Of a stretch of 64,000 nt of DNA, positions 32,848 to 44,540 are shown piece by piece. The stretch is taken from positions 32,001-96,000 of the forward strand of contig CAWJTV010000043.1 of NCBI GenBank assembly GCA_963845755.1, given 5' to 3'. The stretch comes from an uncultured Planctomycetota bacterium (GTDB taxonomy: Bacteria; Planctomycetota; Planctomycetia; Isosphaerales; Isosphaeraceae). The notes under the pieces were generated by a model. It worked only from the letters and a program-made list of their open reading frames with translations. It was not told where the DNA came from and searched no databases. Numbering within the stretch: position 1 is the stretch's first letter; every line of letters begins with the position of its first letter. Both the position numbers and the translations under genes were made by a program.

Positions 32848-34727
32848 GCCCGGGATTCCGCGCCCTTGCGCTCCGGATGCACGCGGATGTAGTGGTCCGT
32901 GAACGTGGCATGGAGCGGCTTGCTCTCGTATGGCGGCATGTGGCAGCCGACGCAGCCTTTCGCCGGATTGACCGGACAGATCCGGCCCTGATGAGTCCGC
33001 ATCGTTGATCCGGGAGGGGCGCCACCGGCCTTGCCGGCCGGGGGGGAATGGCAGCTCACGCATCTTCGAGTGTAATGTTCCTCGGAGCGGTCGGAGTCGT
33101 GGTGTGGGTTGTGACAGGTCATGCAGTCGAACGCGCCTTCACTATCGGTGTAACAACGGCTCCACGACACGGTCGTACCCTGGAACCGGATCCAGAAGGG
33201 ATCGGTTCGCGGCAAGGGCGAAGGCTGGTGATGGCTATGGCACTGGCCGCACAGGCGGAGTCGACCCTCGGCCGGGGCCTGTGCCGGATCGACGATCGCC
33301 AGATCGGGGAATCTGACCTCGACCGCCTTTTCGTGGTTCGCCCCGGGCCCGTGACAGCGCTCGCAACCGATTCCTCGATCCTTCGACTCCGACCCCGCCT
33401 CGTCGAGCACGGCCCTGGGGTTGGTCGCATGGCAGAAGAGGCACTGGAATGGCCCATCCACGCTGTCTAGCGGCTTGCCGAGGAAGTCTCGCCCTTCGCC
33501 CGCATCGGCGGCGTGTCCGGTGGTCCGGACCCACCCCGAAACGGGGCCGTTCTGGTAGCGTGAAAGCCGCAGGACGTGAAAAACTCCCCGGTCGTCGGGG
33601 CCGACGAGCGACATGTAGTGGTCGGGCGATCCGAACGCGTATTCGACGATGGCTCGCTGCACCTGGTCCTTGACTCGCGTCTCGAACTGGACCTGGTCAG
33701 TTTGCTGTCGGATCGTGTGGGAGACCGTGGGATCATCGGGATCGGGGATGGCTACCGCCGGGAATGGAAGGCGGGTAAGTTGCTGCCCGCGCACGAGCGT
33801 CGAGGCATGACGGCTGGCCTGCACGGCCCGAAAGACGTCGCGATGGCACTCGGCGCAACGGCCCTCGCCGAGGAAAGGGCTGGGCTCGGACTCCAACGGA
33901 TGGTCCGCCCGATAGGAGCCCGAGTCCCGGAGCGCGGTGGTCGCCTCGGGGATGGCTCCCATCTGCAAGTTGGCGCGGCTCAAGAGCCAGGCGGCCTGCG
34001 AGTCAGGTCCCGCAATGAGGATGCTACGAAGGAGATCGTGGGCTTCATTGGACCGGCCGGTTTGCAAGAGGGTCCGGGCGAGGAGGTTCCGATAGCGAGT
34101 GGCCATCGGACGATCCAGGCGCGCCGCCTCCGGTCGCCCCAGCGCCTGACGGAGCACCGTCGCGGCGCCGGAGGGGTCGCTCTGCTCGGCACGGAGTGCA
34201 CCCAGGTCCAGCTCGCCGCGCAATTCCCAACCCAGTTGACGTGACAGTCGCTCGGCGAGGTGGGCAGCTTCGCCCAGACGATTCTGCGCCGTGTCACGGA
34301 TGATGAGCTGTTCGATCGTCTCGGCATGGTCGGGCTGGAGCTGTAGGGCCTTCCTCCAGAGGCCTTCGGCCGCCTCCTTCTGGCCGGCCCGATCGAGGCC
34401 CAGGCCCAGCAAGTAGAGGTCCTCGGCTTGCAGGGCCGACGAGCCCAGCCGTGCAAACAAGGCGTTCGCCGAGGTGTCGCGACCGAGCCGAGCCGTCGCT
34501 CGGGCCAGGTAGCGTAGGGCCTCGATATCCTCGGGAGACGTCCTCAATCGCGTACGAGCCAGATCCGATGCGAGGCTCCAGTCCCGCGCGGCGTAGGCCA
34601 TTGCGATCTGAGACCATTGGTCCGAGTCGGTCCTGGACCATTTCCAGGCCACGACTGCACCCAGCCCAGTCAGAAGGCACAACCCGAACGCGATCCCCGC
34701 CCAGATGGCCCTGCGTTGCACGATCAT
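32841..34727 (-). CDS. Membrane-anchored TPR + multiheme cytochrome c
   Basis: Seven CxxCH motifs (CAECH, CLFCH, CERCH, CGQCH, CMTCH, CVSCH, CVGCH), TDHYIR terminus, N-terminal TM and TPRs. Confidence 0.9.
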   Translation of the reverse strand: MIVQRRAIWAGIAFGLCLLTGLGAVVAWKWSRTDSDQWSQIAMAYAARDWSLASDLARTRLRTSPEDIEALRYLARATARLGRDTSANALFARLGSSALQAEDLYLLGLGLDRAGQKEAAEGLWRKALQLQPDHAETIEQLIIRDTAQNRLGEAAHLAERLSRQLGWELRGELDLGALRAEQSDPSGAATVLRQALGRPEAARLDRPMATRYRNLLARTLLQTGRSNEAHDLLRSILIAGPDSQAAWLLSRANLQMGAIPEATTALRDSGSYRADHPLESEPSPFLGEGRCAECHRDVFRAVQASRHASTLVRGQQLTRLPFPAVAIPDPDDPTVSHTIRQQTDQVQFETRVKDQVQRAIVEYAFGSPDHYMSLVGPDDRGVFHVLRLSRYQNGPVSGWVRTTGHAADAGEGRDFLGKPLDSVDGPFQCLFCHATNPRAVLDEAGSESKDRGIGCERCHGPGANHEKAVEVRFPDLAIVDPAQAPAEGRLRLCGQCHSHHQPSPLPRTDPFWIRFQGTTVSWSRCYTDSEGAFDCMTCHNPHHDSDRSEEHYTRRCVSCHSPPAGKAGGAPPGSTMRTHQGRICPVNPAKGCVGCHMPPYESKPLHATFTDHYIRVHPERKGAESRAQ

Positions 34728-34789
34728 CGGCTCGCCTCGATTGCGCCTTCCCGAGGGAGGAATTGCTCCAGAGCGATTCGTCCAGTCTC

Positions 34790-35961
34790 TCAATAGGCAA
34801 GCACGTTGGGAACCACGGAATCCATCAGATGTTGGATGATGCTTGCCACGGCTCCTTGCCGCTTGCTTCCCTTGGCGCGGACGAGTCGGCAGTCGGCGAA
34901 AGAGGGGGAAAGCGCCCGCCTGCGGGTCTCATCCCGGACGCGCCCGAACAGACGCTCGTCGGCATCGAAGATCTGGCCATGGATAAACAATGTGGACGGG
35001 TTGAAGATGTTGATGACCGTGGCCAGGCCGATCGCCAGGTATCGGATCAGTTCCTGGCATTCCTCCTCCGGATCGAGCTCGCCCGATCGGACGAGGCGGA
35101 TCACCTCGTCGATATCGACGGGACGGCCGAGTCGCTCGGAGACCCGCGAGGCCAGCGCGGTGTCGCTGGCGACCGTCTCGAGGCAACCGTGATTGCCGCA
35201 GCCGCAAGGACGTCCTTCGGGAGATACCGTGATATGGCCAATCTCACCGGCGAACCCGCTGTGCCCCCGCACGAGCCGCCCCCCGCTCATCACGCCCATC
35301 CCGACTCCGGAGCTCACGTCGAGGATCGCGAAGTCATCGAGGCCGCCGGCCCGGCCGAAATGACGTTCCGCCAGGCAAAGGGCATCCTGGTCCTGGACCA
35401 TGATACATTCCAGCCCAAGCCGCTCGCCCAGATCGCGGCCCGGCGAACGGCCGTCGATCACGTGGACATTTGGCGACAGGATGTCCAGGCCCCGGCGGTG
35501 GTCGATCAAACCGGGAACCGTCACCCCGACGCCGAACGTCCTCACGCCGGGCCGCGCCATCAGGGCGAGCGCATGAGTGACCAGGGCGTCGATCAAGTCC
35601 GTATAGGTGCCCTGGGTCTCGACCCAGTGCATCCGTTCTTCGTCGAGCTCGCCGTCAAGGCCGGTCAACACGACGCAGCAGCGGCCGATGTCGATCACCA
35701 CGCCCAGCACCTGGGCCGTCTCGGTCGCGAGCCGGAGTTTTACGGCGGGGCGGCCGATAACCGGCGTGTTTCCTTCCAGCTCCTCCAGGAGGCCCGCCTT
35801 CATGAGCGAAGCGACCGCCTTCGAAACCGTCGCGCACTAAGCCCCGAGTGGCGGACGACATCGGCCCGCGACGACGGGCCCTGCTCCCGGATCACGCGCA
35901 ACACCTGACGCTCGTTCATCTTGGCGAGATAGACATGCTGTGAGCTTGATGCGATAGTCAC
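34790..35961 (-). CDS. ROK family transcriptional regulator (frameshift near 35835)
   Basis: N-terminal HTH (NERQVLRVIREQGPSSRADV), GRP, G.AGEIGH and CGCGNHGCLETVAS motifs. Start is approximate (GTG). Confidence 0.9.
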
Positions 35962-36110
35962 CGAATCGCCTCGTCTTCCGGCCCCGAGTCTCCTGGATCG
36001 TTCCCCGCGCCAATACCACGAACCGCAGGGCTGACCTGGATACCGATGATCCGTTACTAAACGGATCATCTGAATAGAAGCCTCTTAATCCCGATCTCAG
36101 TCTTCATCAG

Positions 36111-36169
36111 ACTTTCTAAGAGAATCTTAATAAGTACCCTTGACAAAGTAAATCGTGCGGGGCTGTAAT
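36111..36169 (+). promoter_or_regulatory. Candidate ROK operator palindrome and sigma70-like promoter
   Basis: actttctaaga-gaa-tcttaataagt (9/11 inverted match) at 36111-36135, then TTGACA at 36140 and TGTAAT 18 nt later. Confidence 0.5.
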
Positions 36170-36671
36170 AGCTTTGAGCACGGTCGAGAACTCTCTGAGA
36201 ATCCGAGAATCTCTTTCGCCTTCTCCGAATCGGAGCGAGCCCGGCAGTCTCGAGACGGATTGACGTCGTCTTCCGATTACTGATACAAAGAACATCGTCG
36301 ATTTCCGTGGATCCTGTTGATAATCCCGATGTTGCGCATCGCCGGAACGTGCGTCCGGCCACGAGCATGGGCGAGATTCCATGTCGGTTCGCCACGCTCG
36401 CGAAGATCGTCTCTGATACGACGAATACGCTCGAAGTTGGTCGTACTCGAATCAATCGTTGTAAGATGCAATCTCGCAATGGCTTCGAGGCCCGATTCGC
36501 GAGTGTCGCTCAAGACAACCCACGTCCGTGAGCTGAAGGAAACCGGCCGTCGCGATCGATTTCGATAGATGCGTGGTGGGTTCGGATGGTGATCGCTCGT
36601 CAAAGCATCGGATCGGGAATGCCATCTTGTCAGCGACACGTTGTGCGATCTGAATGGGAAAGGACCAGCTT

Positions 36672-36920
36672 ATGAGTCGGGTGCGGCGTTTCGGCGGGAT
36701 GGCATCGGCTTGGGCCGTCGTCCTCGGTGTCGGTCTGATCGCAGCCGGTTGTGGCGGCCAAGGCGGTTCATCGAACCCGGCGCCCCTAACCCAGCCCGAA
36801 GCCGCCTCAACCTCTCCTTCCACGAAGTCCAAGGTCAAAGGATTGGCCGAAGGGGGAGACAGGACCGTTCGGGATCGGAGGAACGATCGGCTCAAGTCGA
36901 AGAATGCGGAGGGGAAGTGA
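36672..36920 (+). CDS. Small lipoprotein
   Basis: Lipobox LIAAGC followed by GG; typical DUF1559 neighbour. Confidence 0.75.
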   Translation: MSRVRRFGGMASAWAVVLGVGLIAAGCGGQGGSSNPAPLTQPEAASTSPSTKSKVKGLAEGGDRTVRDRRNDRLKSKNAEGK

Positions 36921-37056
36921 CCGCTCGTGGGGCCGCCCTTTAATCAACTGAGTGGCTGTTGTTACCGTCACGATCGCATTTCTGATACGTCACATTTTCA
37001 GATCAGATCCGTGGATTCGGTCTCGTTTCTGCATCAGTTCCCAGGGAGTACGATCG

Positions 37057-38157
37057 ATGAAGAAGATCATTCGCAAGAGAAGGAGAGCCCTCGGCTTCAC
37101 GCTGATCGAGCTCTTGGTCGTCATCGCGATCATCGCCGTCTTGATCGCCCTGCTGTTGCCCGCCGTGCAGGCGGCTCGCGAAGCGGCCCGGCGTGCTCAG
37201 TGCACCAACAATCTCAAGCAGTTGGCCCTGGCCGCCATGAATTACGAGAGTTCGAACCAGACGTTCCCGATGAGCGACTGCATGGGCCGGAACTGGCAGA
37301 ATCCTTCGAGCCTCATCCGCCAGGACGCCGGGGAGCTCGTTCGGTTGTCGCAATTCTTCGAGCAGGGCAATGTCTTCAACGCCTGGAACAGCAGCGTCAT
37401 GATCTATATGTATCCGAATAGCACCATCTGCGGCATCGGGATCACGACCCTGTGGTGTCCGAGCGACGGAGTCATCGCCGGCCTTCGGTATCCCGGTATG
37501 CAGGGGGACGGTTGGGATTGCTCACCGATCCCGTCGACCTTCAGTAGCTATGCCGGTAATCTGGGCCCACTGATCTACCAATGGAATGATCCCTCGCTGA
37601 ATACCATGCAAGGGGTTTTCGCCCATAACGGCACCATGGTTCCGGGGTACAGCCCGCAAGTCAGCACCTTCCCGCCCGTGAGGCTGGCTTCGATTACCGA
37701 CGGCACGAGCAATACCTTTATTTTCGGCGAGCACGCCCATTCTGAGATGGTCACCCAGAATGGTGACATCTACGGCTTCAACTGGTGGACTTCGGGCGAT
37801 TACGGCGACACCACGTTCTCCTCGATATTTCCGCCTAATTTCTTCTCGTCGGATGCCCAGACCTTGTCCGTTTCATCGGGTGGGTCTAGCCTGAACCCTC
37901 CGCCGCAGATCTTCCCGCGGCAGAGCGATTTCTCGGATACGGCCACCAGCATGCATCCCGGCGGCGCCAACTTCGCGTTCTGCGACGGATCGGTGCATTT
38001 CATCAAGAACTCGGTCAACTCGTTGAATCCACGCGCCATCACGGGTAGCAGTGGGAGCACCGGCTGGGTCTATAACCTCAACGGTCAGAGGTTCGGTGTA
38101 TACCAGGCCCTCTCGACCCGCAACGGCGGCGAGGTCATCAGCTCCGACTCGTACTGA
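37057..38157 (+). CDS. DUF1559 prepilin-type N-methylation protein
   Basis: [46 protein letters not shown] and [14 protein letters not shown] (H-X9-DG) motifs. Confidence 0.95.
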   Translation: MKKIIRKRRRALGFTLIELLVVIAIIAVLIALLLPAVQAAREAARRAQCTNNLKQLALAAMNYESSNQTFPMSDCMGRNWQNPSSLIRQDAGELVRLSQFFEQGNVFNAWNSSVMIYMYPNSTICGIGITTLWCPSDGVIAGLRYPGMQGDGWDCSPIPSTFSSYAGNLGPLIYQWNDPSLNTMQGVFAHNGTMVPGYSPQVSTFPPVRLASITDGTSNTFIFGEHAHSEMVTQNGDIYGFNWWTSGDYGDTTFSSIFPPNFFSSDAQTLSVSSGGSSLNPPPQIFPRQSDFSDTATSMHPGGANFAFCDGSVHFIKNSVNSLNPRAITGSSGSTGWVYNLNGQRFGVYQALSTRNGGEVISSDSY

Positions 38158-38195
38158 GGCCGCAACCGAACCTTCGTATGACGCCGGCAAGGACA

Positions 38196-38252
38196 TAGGT
38201 CAGGCTTTCCCGCCTGACGTCCTGTCCTGTCAGGCGGGAAAGCCTGACATAC
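38196..38252. repeat. Inverted pair of REP-like palindromes
   Basis: taggtcaggctttcccgcctgac ... gtcaggcgggaaagcctgacatac between convergent genes; GTAG-type REP doublet. Confidence 0.75.
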
Positions 38253-38337
38253 GTGAGGATCTTCCTTACCGGCGGTGATACTTGACGCATCGCGAGCCCG
38301 GGGAAGGCTCCTGCCCTCCTCGGGCTCGACGTCGCGT

Positions 38338-41316
38338 TCATGGCGGATTAGCGGAATTCGCCGACGGTCTCCGGCCGGTTTCGCGGAAGATCTCCTTCCC
38401 TTCTTCGATCACCAGGATGCGATTGGCGGCCAGATCCGTCCAGGATTGGACGGTGCCGGAGGGCCAACGGACCTCGAGCCGATCGACCTGCGCGGCATCG
38501 CCCAGGCCAAACCAGAGTCGCGGATCGTGGGCGGACAAGTAGCCGGTGCCACTGGTCATCCACCGGACCTGAGTTCGGTGCCCGATCTGGCAGGTGACCC
38601 GAGTTCCCACGGGCGTCCGGCCCGAACGGGTCCCGCGTAACTGGATACCCAGCCAGTGACCGCCCTGCGCCCGGTTCCACAGCAGGACCGCCGGTGCGTC
38701 TCGATGGATGACCAGCAGGTCGACTCGTCCATCGTTATCCAGGTCCCCGGCTGCAACGCCCCGACCGACGACTCGGCGCACGAAGTAGGAGGGTTCCGCC
38801 GCACCGGCCACCTCGAAGCGACCCCGATCCCGCCCCCAGAAGAAGAGCGCCGTCTGGGCCATGGGACTATTGGCCCACGGCCGATGATCGACATGCCCGT
38901 TGGCCACGAACAGGTCGAGACGGCCATCGCGGTCGGCGTCGAATGCCGCATCGCCGAAACCGGTCTTGGGACGACTGGGAGCAGCAAGGCCCGCGCCCAG
39001 CGTCGCGTCAATCCATAAGCCGCTGCCCAGGTTGCGGAACAATGTACTCGACTCGTTGACCAGGTTCGTGATGAAAAGGTCGATGCGACCATCTTCATCG
39101 AGATCGTCGGCCACCACGCCCATGCTCGCCGTCGGCAATCCCGAGCCATTGGTCGCGACCCCAGCCTCCGCGCCGATTTCCTCGAACCGCCAGCCGCCCC
39201 GGTTCCGGAACAGGAAGTTCGGGTTCGCGTCGTTGGCCACGAAGATGTCGAGTTTGCCGTCGCCATCGAGGTCCGCGATCGCCAGTCCCAGTCCACGGCC
39301 GTTTTCCCCGACGAATCCCGACGATTTAGCGACCTCCGTGAATGTCCCATCACCATTATTCCGATAGAGCAGATCCGATTGCGCCGGATAAAAGCCGGGC
39401 GAGCAATGAATCGGCCGACCGGCGTGATCGCGGCACGCTCGCTCGTCGTCGAGGGAGACCTCCACATAGGCGACTACGACCAGGTCAAGATCACCATCGC
39501 CGTCGAGATCGCCAAAGCCCGCCGCGGTCGTCCACCGGTCCGAGAACACTCCGGCGGAGGACGTCACATCCTCGAAGGTCCCATCGCCGCGGTTCCGGTA
39601 GAGGATTGTCCCCCTCAAACCGGTCACGAACAGGTCATCGTCGCCGTCATTGTCGTAGTCGCCGATCGCGCAGCCCATGCCGTATCCCTTGCCGGCGACG
39701 CCTGCGGAACCGGTCACGTCGCGAAAGGTCCCATCGCGCTGGTTGCGGTACAATGAGGTTGGGTGCGGGAGGGTTAAGGGTGTCGAATGGCAGCGCACAC
39801 CCGTTGACCAGATAAATGTCAAGCCAGCCGTCCGCATCGAAGTCGATCAGGCCGACTCCGCCGCCCATGGTGTCGGCGATGAAGAGCCGGCGGTCGACGG
39901 CGCCGCTCTCGTAATAGTACGTGATTCCAGCGGCTGCGGCCCCCTCGACAAAAGGTGGTGACTGGACCTCGGTGCCCAGCCCAGGAGGGGAAGTTCGAGG
40001 GATCCTGGCGCACGATGGTTCTCGAGCCGGCGCTGCGGGCGTGAGGATCCGAGAGTGCGAACGGAACGGCCTCCTTCGCTTGCCACTGCGCCAGTTGTGT
40101 CCGGAGGAGTTCACGGCTCGGGTCGACCTTGAGCGTCTGTTCGTACCACGCGTGCGCCTCCGCAGTGAGCCCCGACTCGAGACATAACCGGCCAAGTTTT
40201 TCGAAGAGATCCGGATCCGTGCGCCGGGCCGTACGGCGAAGCTGCTGATGCTCGCGTCGGACCCTTCGAACCTGATCTTCGATTCGGCTCGCCCGCTCCA
40301 GATGACGCTGGGCCGGCTCGTCCCGACCGAGTCGCTTCAACGTCTGCCCCAACCGGTAGTGGGCTTCGCGACTCATCGGATTCAAGGCGACGGCTCGCTC
40401 CCACGACGCGATCGCAGACTCTGGCCGATCGGCGCTCTCCTCGATCCGGCCTCGAAACAACCACCATTGCGCATGCGTCGACCGGTTCGCTCGGGACTGT
40501 TCCAAGGATAACATCGGCGACCACCGGTTCGCCGAGCATGATGAGGCACTCGGCCAGGGCGAACCGGCCGGATGGGTCGTGCTCCAGTTGCTGGGCCGCG
40601 GCTTCCAGGTGCGGACGGGCCTGGCGAGGATTCCCCTGATAGAGTTGAGCCATCCCCCAGGCGCGTCTCAGAAACGGATCGTCAGGGGTCTGGGCAACGA
40701 GCAACTCGAGTTCCGGGGCCAGGCCGCGGACGTCCTCCTGTTCGAGGAGCAGTTCCAGGACAAGGTCAACCAGTACGTTGGGATCCTCACGAATCCGATA
40801 AATCTGCCAGAGGATGCGCCGGGACTCCGCGGGCCGCATCTCGAGGCCGAACAAGTAGAGCAGATTTCGACGAGCCTCGATCTCTCCTGCATCCCGTTCG
40901 GCGACACGCCGGAAGCTTTGCTCCGCGTCGGCGGCATGCCGCTCCTGGATGGCGAGCAAACCCAGCGCCATCTCGGCCTGGGCCCAGCTCGGGTCTGTCT
41001 CTGGGACGGATCGAAGCAGTTCGACGCCCGCATCGCGATGGTGGGCCTGCAACTCGACCTTTCCCAGCAGGACCCGCGATTCTCCGTGCTCGGGATGGTC
41101 AGCGATCCACAGTTCGAGGCGGGGTTTCACCTCCGGCCACCGGCCGCCCTTGGCGGAAGTCTGAATCTCGTCCCAATCCGTCGACGACGTGGACGAACCT
41201 CGGGGCCGGACGACGCGCACGATCGCAGCCATCCCAATCGCGAGCCCGACCGCGGCCAGAACGATCGTCAGACCCCAGCGAAATGCATGACCTCGGCGCC
41301 GAACGTCTTGCGGCAT
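38338..41316 (-). CDS. TPR + FG-GAP/CRTAC1 + ASPIC/UnbV protein (several frameshifts)
   Basis: TM+TPR in ORFs 40111..41316 and 39819..40514; DFDADG/DYDNDG repeats; GYLSAHDPRLWFGLG and LEVRWPSG. Confidence 0.88.
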
Positions 41317-41565
41317 CGGTTCGCTCTTCCCCGGAGTTCCATTGATAGGACGTTGATCCCAGATTACAGTCGGTGTGAACGTTTTGCCACGACTCTGAGC
41401 GTCTCGAGAGGGTTCTCACGATTGGGTTGGAGTCTCGGGTCCACGGCGCCGATGGTGAAGGCATCCGGCTGAGAGCCCCTCGGATCGGCGGCGCGCTCCT
41501 GATTCGGATGGACGGAGAAGTCGGTCAGACCAGACAAAGGGCGCGACTTTTGGTAGGAATCAGAC

Positions 41566-42078
41566 ATGTGGCTCTCCACTCGGAAGAACCTCTCATTGGC
41601 ACCTCTCTGCGGAGCGTTCCTTCTTGCCGGCTCTACCTTGGCCAGGGCGCAGGCGGATCTCTCTGAACGATCGTTGGGGGGTTACGGAGCAATCGCGGCT
41701 CAAGCGATGCCGGAAACGCGCGGCTCACTGATCCCCTATGCGGGCGGATTTGCCGGCTTCATGCCATATCGCATGAGCGGCGGCGGCGAACTTGCGATTC
41801 GGCCGCGCGGGGCCCCGTCGATGCGGCCCGTTCGGTCCTCATTCAGCCTCGCCACCGCATCCGGAGGCATGGGAATGAGCAACCGATCTTCGTTGAGGTC
41901 GGGGCCTCAACGTGGAATGGCCTCGCTCGCCATCGGGATCGTATCGAGTCCGGGAATGCCGCCGTCAACGTCACCAATGTTCAACATGAGCGTCATGCCG
42001 CCTCGGATCGGTTACCCGTTCCGCGAGCCTCCCAGGCCGGGATCGTCCACATCGGTGATATCCATGCCGATGCCATAG
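41566..42078 (+). CDS. Secreted Gly/Met/Pro-rich hypothetical protein
   Basis: Signal peptide ending ARAQA, low complexity, MPPRIGYPFREPP. Confidence 0.6.
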   Translation: MWLSTRKNLSLAPLCGAFLLAGSTLARAQADLSERSLGGYGAIAAQAMPETRGSLIPYAGGFAGFMPYRMSGGGELAIRPRGAPSMRPVRSSFSLATASGGMGMSNRSSLRSGPQRGMASLAIGIVSSPGMPPSTSPMFNMSVMPPRIGYPFREPPRPGSSTSVISMPMP

Positions 42079-42085
42079 GACGGGA

Positions 42086-43679
42086 TCAGAGAGGTCTCGC
42101 CGGCGCGTTCCCACGCACGGCCGGGACCGTCGACTGGAAGGGCCCCGAGCCGCTCGGCGGCGGCGCGGAGGTCGAACCGGAAGCCGGCACGGGTCCACTC
42201 GGGATCGGGTGCTCGGTCAGGTGGCAACCCACGGCGCGTTCCAGCAGCGCCATCGCCTTGCCGAGCTCGGCCTCGACCTGGGCGATCTGGACCTGGACCT
42301 GGAGGACTTCCCGGATGGCCGAGAGCAGCGTTGCAATGTCGACATTACTCCGGGCGTAGTCGCTCTTGGCCAGCTCCAGCGTTTCCTTGGTGCGAGGCAA
42401 GATCGTATCGCGCAGCAGATGGACGACGTTTCGCTGGACCTTCGCTTGCACGAGCAGGTCGTAGATCTCGCTGAACGCCGCGTCCTGCTGGGCTTCGAAC
42501 AGCTTGGTGTCCGCAAGGGTGCGCTCCCGCGCCTCCAGGACACCGGCTCGATACTTCGCCTGATTGACCGGCAGGTTGAACGCGACGAAAAGGCCCACGT
42601 TCGGCGAGCCGCTCGCCGTGGGAGAGACGGCGTTCTGTCGGGTCATATCCATGTACGTCAGGCCGAGCGTGACGTTCGGCAACGCCCGTTTCTGGGCAAG
42701 TTGTTCCGCCTTCTCGTCGCGGGCGATCGATTCCAGCCGCCCTCGGAGCTCGGGCCTGATGGCCAGGGCCATCTGGTAGAGCGGATCGACTTCCATTGGC
42801 ACATCCGCAAGCGTCACCTGGGGGAGTGTGCCTAGATCGGAATCGGGATTGACGTGGATCTGTCGGGCCATCGCGGCACGCGCCGTGGAGATCGCCTGCT
42901 GATAGCTCGCCAGGTCGCGATCCAGCTCGCTGATCAGAACCTCGGCCTTGATCACGTCCTGCTCCGCTCCGCCAGCCTTGAGCCGACTCGCGGCGACCGA
43001 CCGGAACACGTCGAGGATTGTGCGGGTGTCAGCCAGGATCTCCGCGGTCTTCTGGTTGGAATAGAGGTCATAATACGCCGCGCTTTACGGCCGTGATCGT
43101 GTCGAGCTGCGCGGCCACCAGCTCGACCACGGCGATCTGCACGTCCTTCTCGGCCACTTCGCCCCGGAGCCGAAGCGTCCCGAACCACGGGAACTGCTGG
43201 GCGATCGTCAGGTTATAGGGGTTATATCCCATCAGCGAATACTGCGGTGCAACGCTGGGGATCGGGAAGACGGTGTTCGACGCGACGGGATCCTCGAGCG
43301 CGGTGACCTGCGGAATGCGATACTTCAGCGATTGGACGTTGTGATAGGCCGCCTGGACCGTCCGATTCTCGGCCAGCGCACGGCGGATATAGGCGTCAAC
43401 AGGCTGCGGACCGGTGAGTTCGGAGGGAGCCGGTCCCGGACTCGATGCAACCGCTGTCCCCACCCGAGGATGAGTCGCAGAATCCGACCCTTCAATGGAC
43501 GTGTGATCGCCAAAGATCTCGGCCGGTTGGGCGAGGATCGACGCCGGTGCGGGCTGGCGCGGAGCCTGTGCGCATCCGAGCACGCTCGCGGCAAGCGCGA
43601 TCCAGAGGCCGGGACTCCGACGTCGCCGCACGATTGGCCTCCCAGCCGGGCCGTCGCGATGCGCGAACCACCCGCGCAA
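42086..43679 (-). CDS. TolC-family outer membrane efflux lipoprotein (frameshifts near 43010-43075)
   Basis: Lipobox SVLGC, Q.FPWFG.L.LRG and OEP coiled-coil repeats ending A.LERAVG. Confidence 0.85.
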
Positions 43680-43870
43680 CCGGCAACACCGATTCGATCG
43701 CTCTATTCTCTACTATCGGCAAGGTCATCTCTGGGTGTGATGATCTTTCTTGCTGGAGGAAAGAAGATCCCGAAGCAACGATTGACAGCCGACGTAGAAT
43801 CGTTTAGAGAAAAGCGCTTTCGATGGTCCCGTCTCCTGCCTTATCTGGGCGGATCCCCTTTGGTGCGACC

Positions 43871-44320
43871 ATGACGACTCGTCGCGAACTACGGCTCTCC
43901 TGGATCGCCTTCGCGGCGATCGTCGGGATGTCGTGGTCGCCGGGCGACGTCAGCGGCGGAATGGCGGGAGCGACATCGAAAGCCCGACTGCGAAGCTGCT
44001 GTATTGGGCGCCGCTGCACATCGAGCTGCTGCAAATCTGCGGACCGCTCGTCCTGCCCTCCTTCGACACTTGCTTCGACCCACCGAGGCTACTCGATTCG
44101 GGAGGGTGGCTGCGCGTGCCGGTCGAGGGAGCCGAACACTCCAGCCGCGAAGTCTCAGCCACGACCGACCGGACGACGTGTGGATCCCGACGGCGGTCGT
44201 GCCTTCGTTACAACGATCCCAGGTCCTCCTGCAACGTTCCACTTCGTACGTCTCACTCCGCCCTCCGGTCGCCCGCCGGAGGACCCGCTCTATCTCCGCA
44301 CCGGCCGACTCCTGATCTGA
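43871..44320 (+). CDS. Cys-rich secreted protein upstream of metal efflux genes
   Basis: CC...C..CC and C.C clusters; C-terminal PLYLRTGRLLI. Confidence 0.65.
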   Translation: MTTRRELRLSWIAFAAIVGMSWSPGDVSGGMAGATSKARLRSCCIGRRCTSSCCKSADRSSCPPSTLASTHRGYSIREGGCACRSREPNTPAAKSQPRPTGRRVDPDGGRAFVTTIPGPPATFHFVRLTPPSGRPPEDPLYLRTGRLLI

Positions 44321-44415
44321 TACGCTTCCCTGCCTGTACAAATTGATGTCGTCGAGATCATAAACAGGCCGCGCGTGCGGGCGGTAAGAGTCTGTCCCAG
44401 AAGGGGCCGGGCCGG

Positions 44416-44491
44416 GCGAGCGGGGGGCGTCAGCCCACTGTCGTGGAGGTCCGTCGCTTACCGGACAGGGGGCTGACGCCCCCTCGCTCGC
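44416..44491. repeat. Long intergenic inverted repeat (REP-like)
   Basis: gcgagcggggggcgtcagcccactgtc ... gacagggggctgacgccccctcgctcgc. Confidence 0.7.
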
Positions 44492-44540
44492 ACTTCTGGG
44501 ACAGACTCAAAGTCCACACCGCACACTGGGAGCGTTCCCT

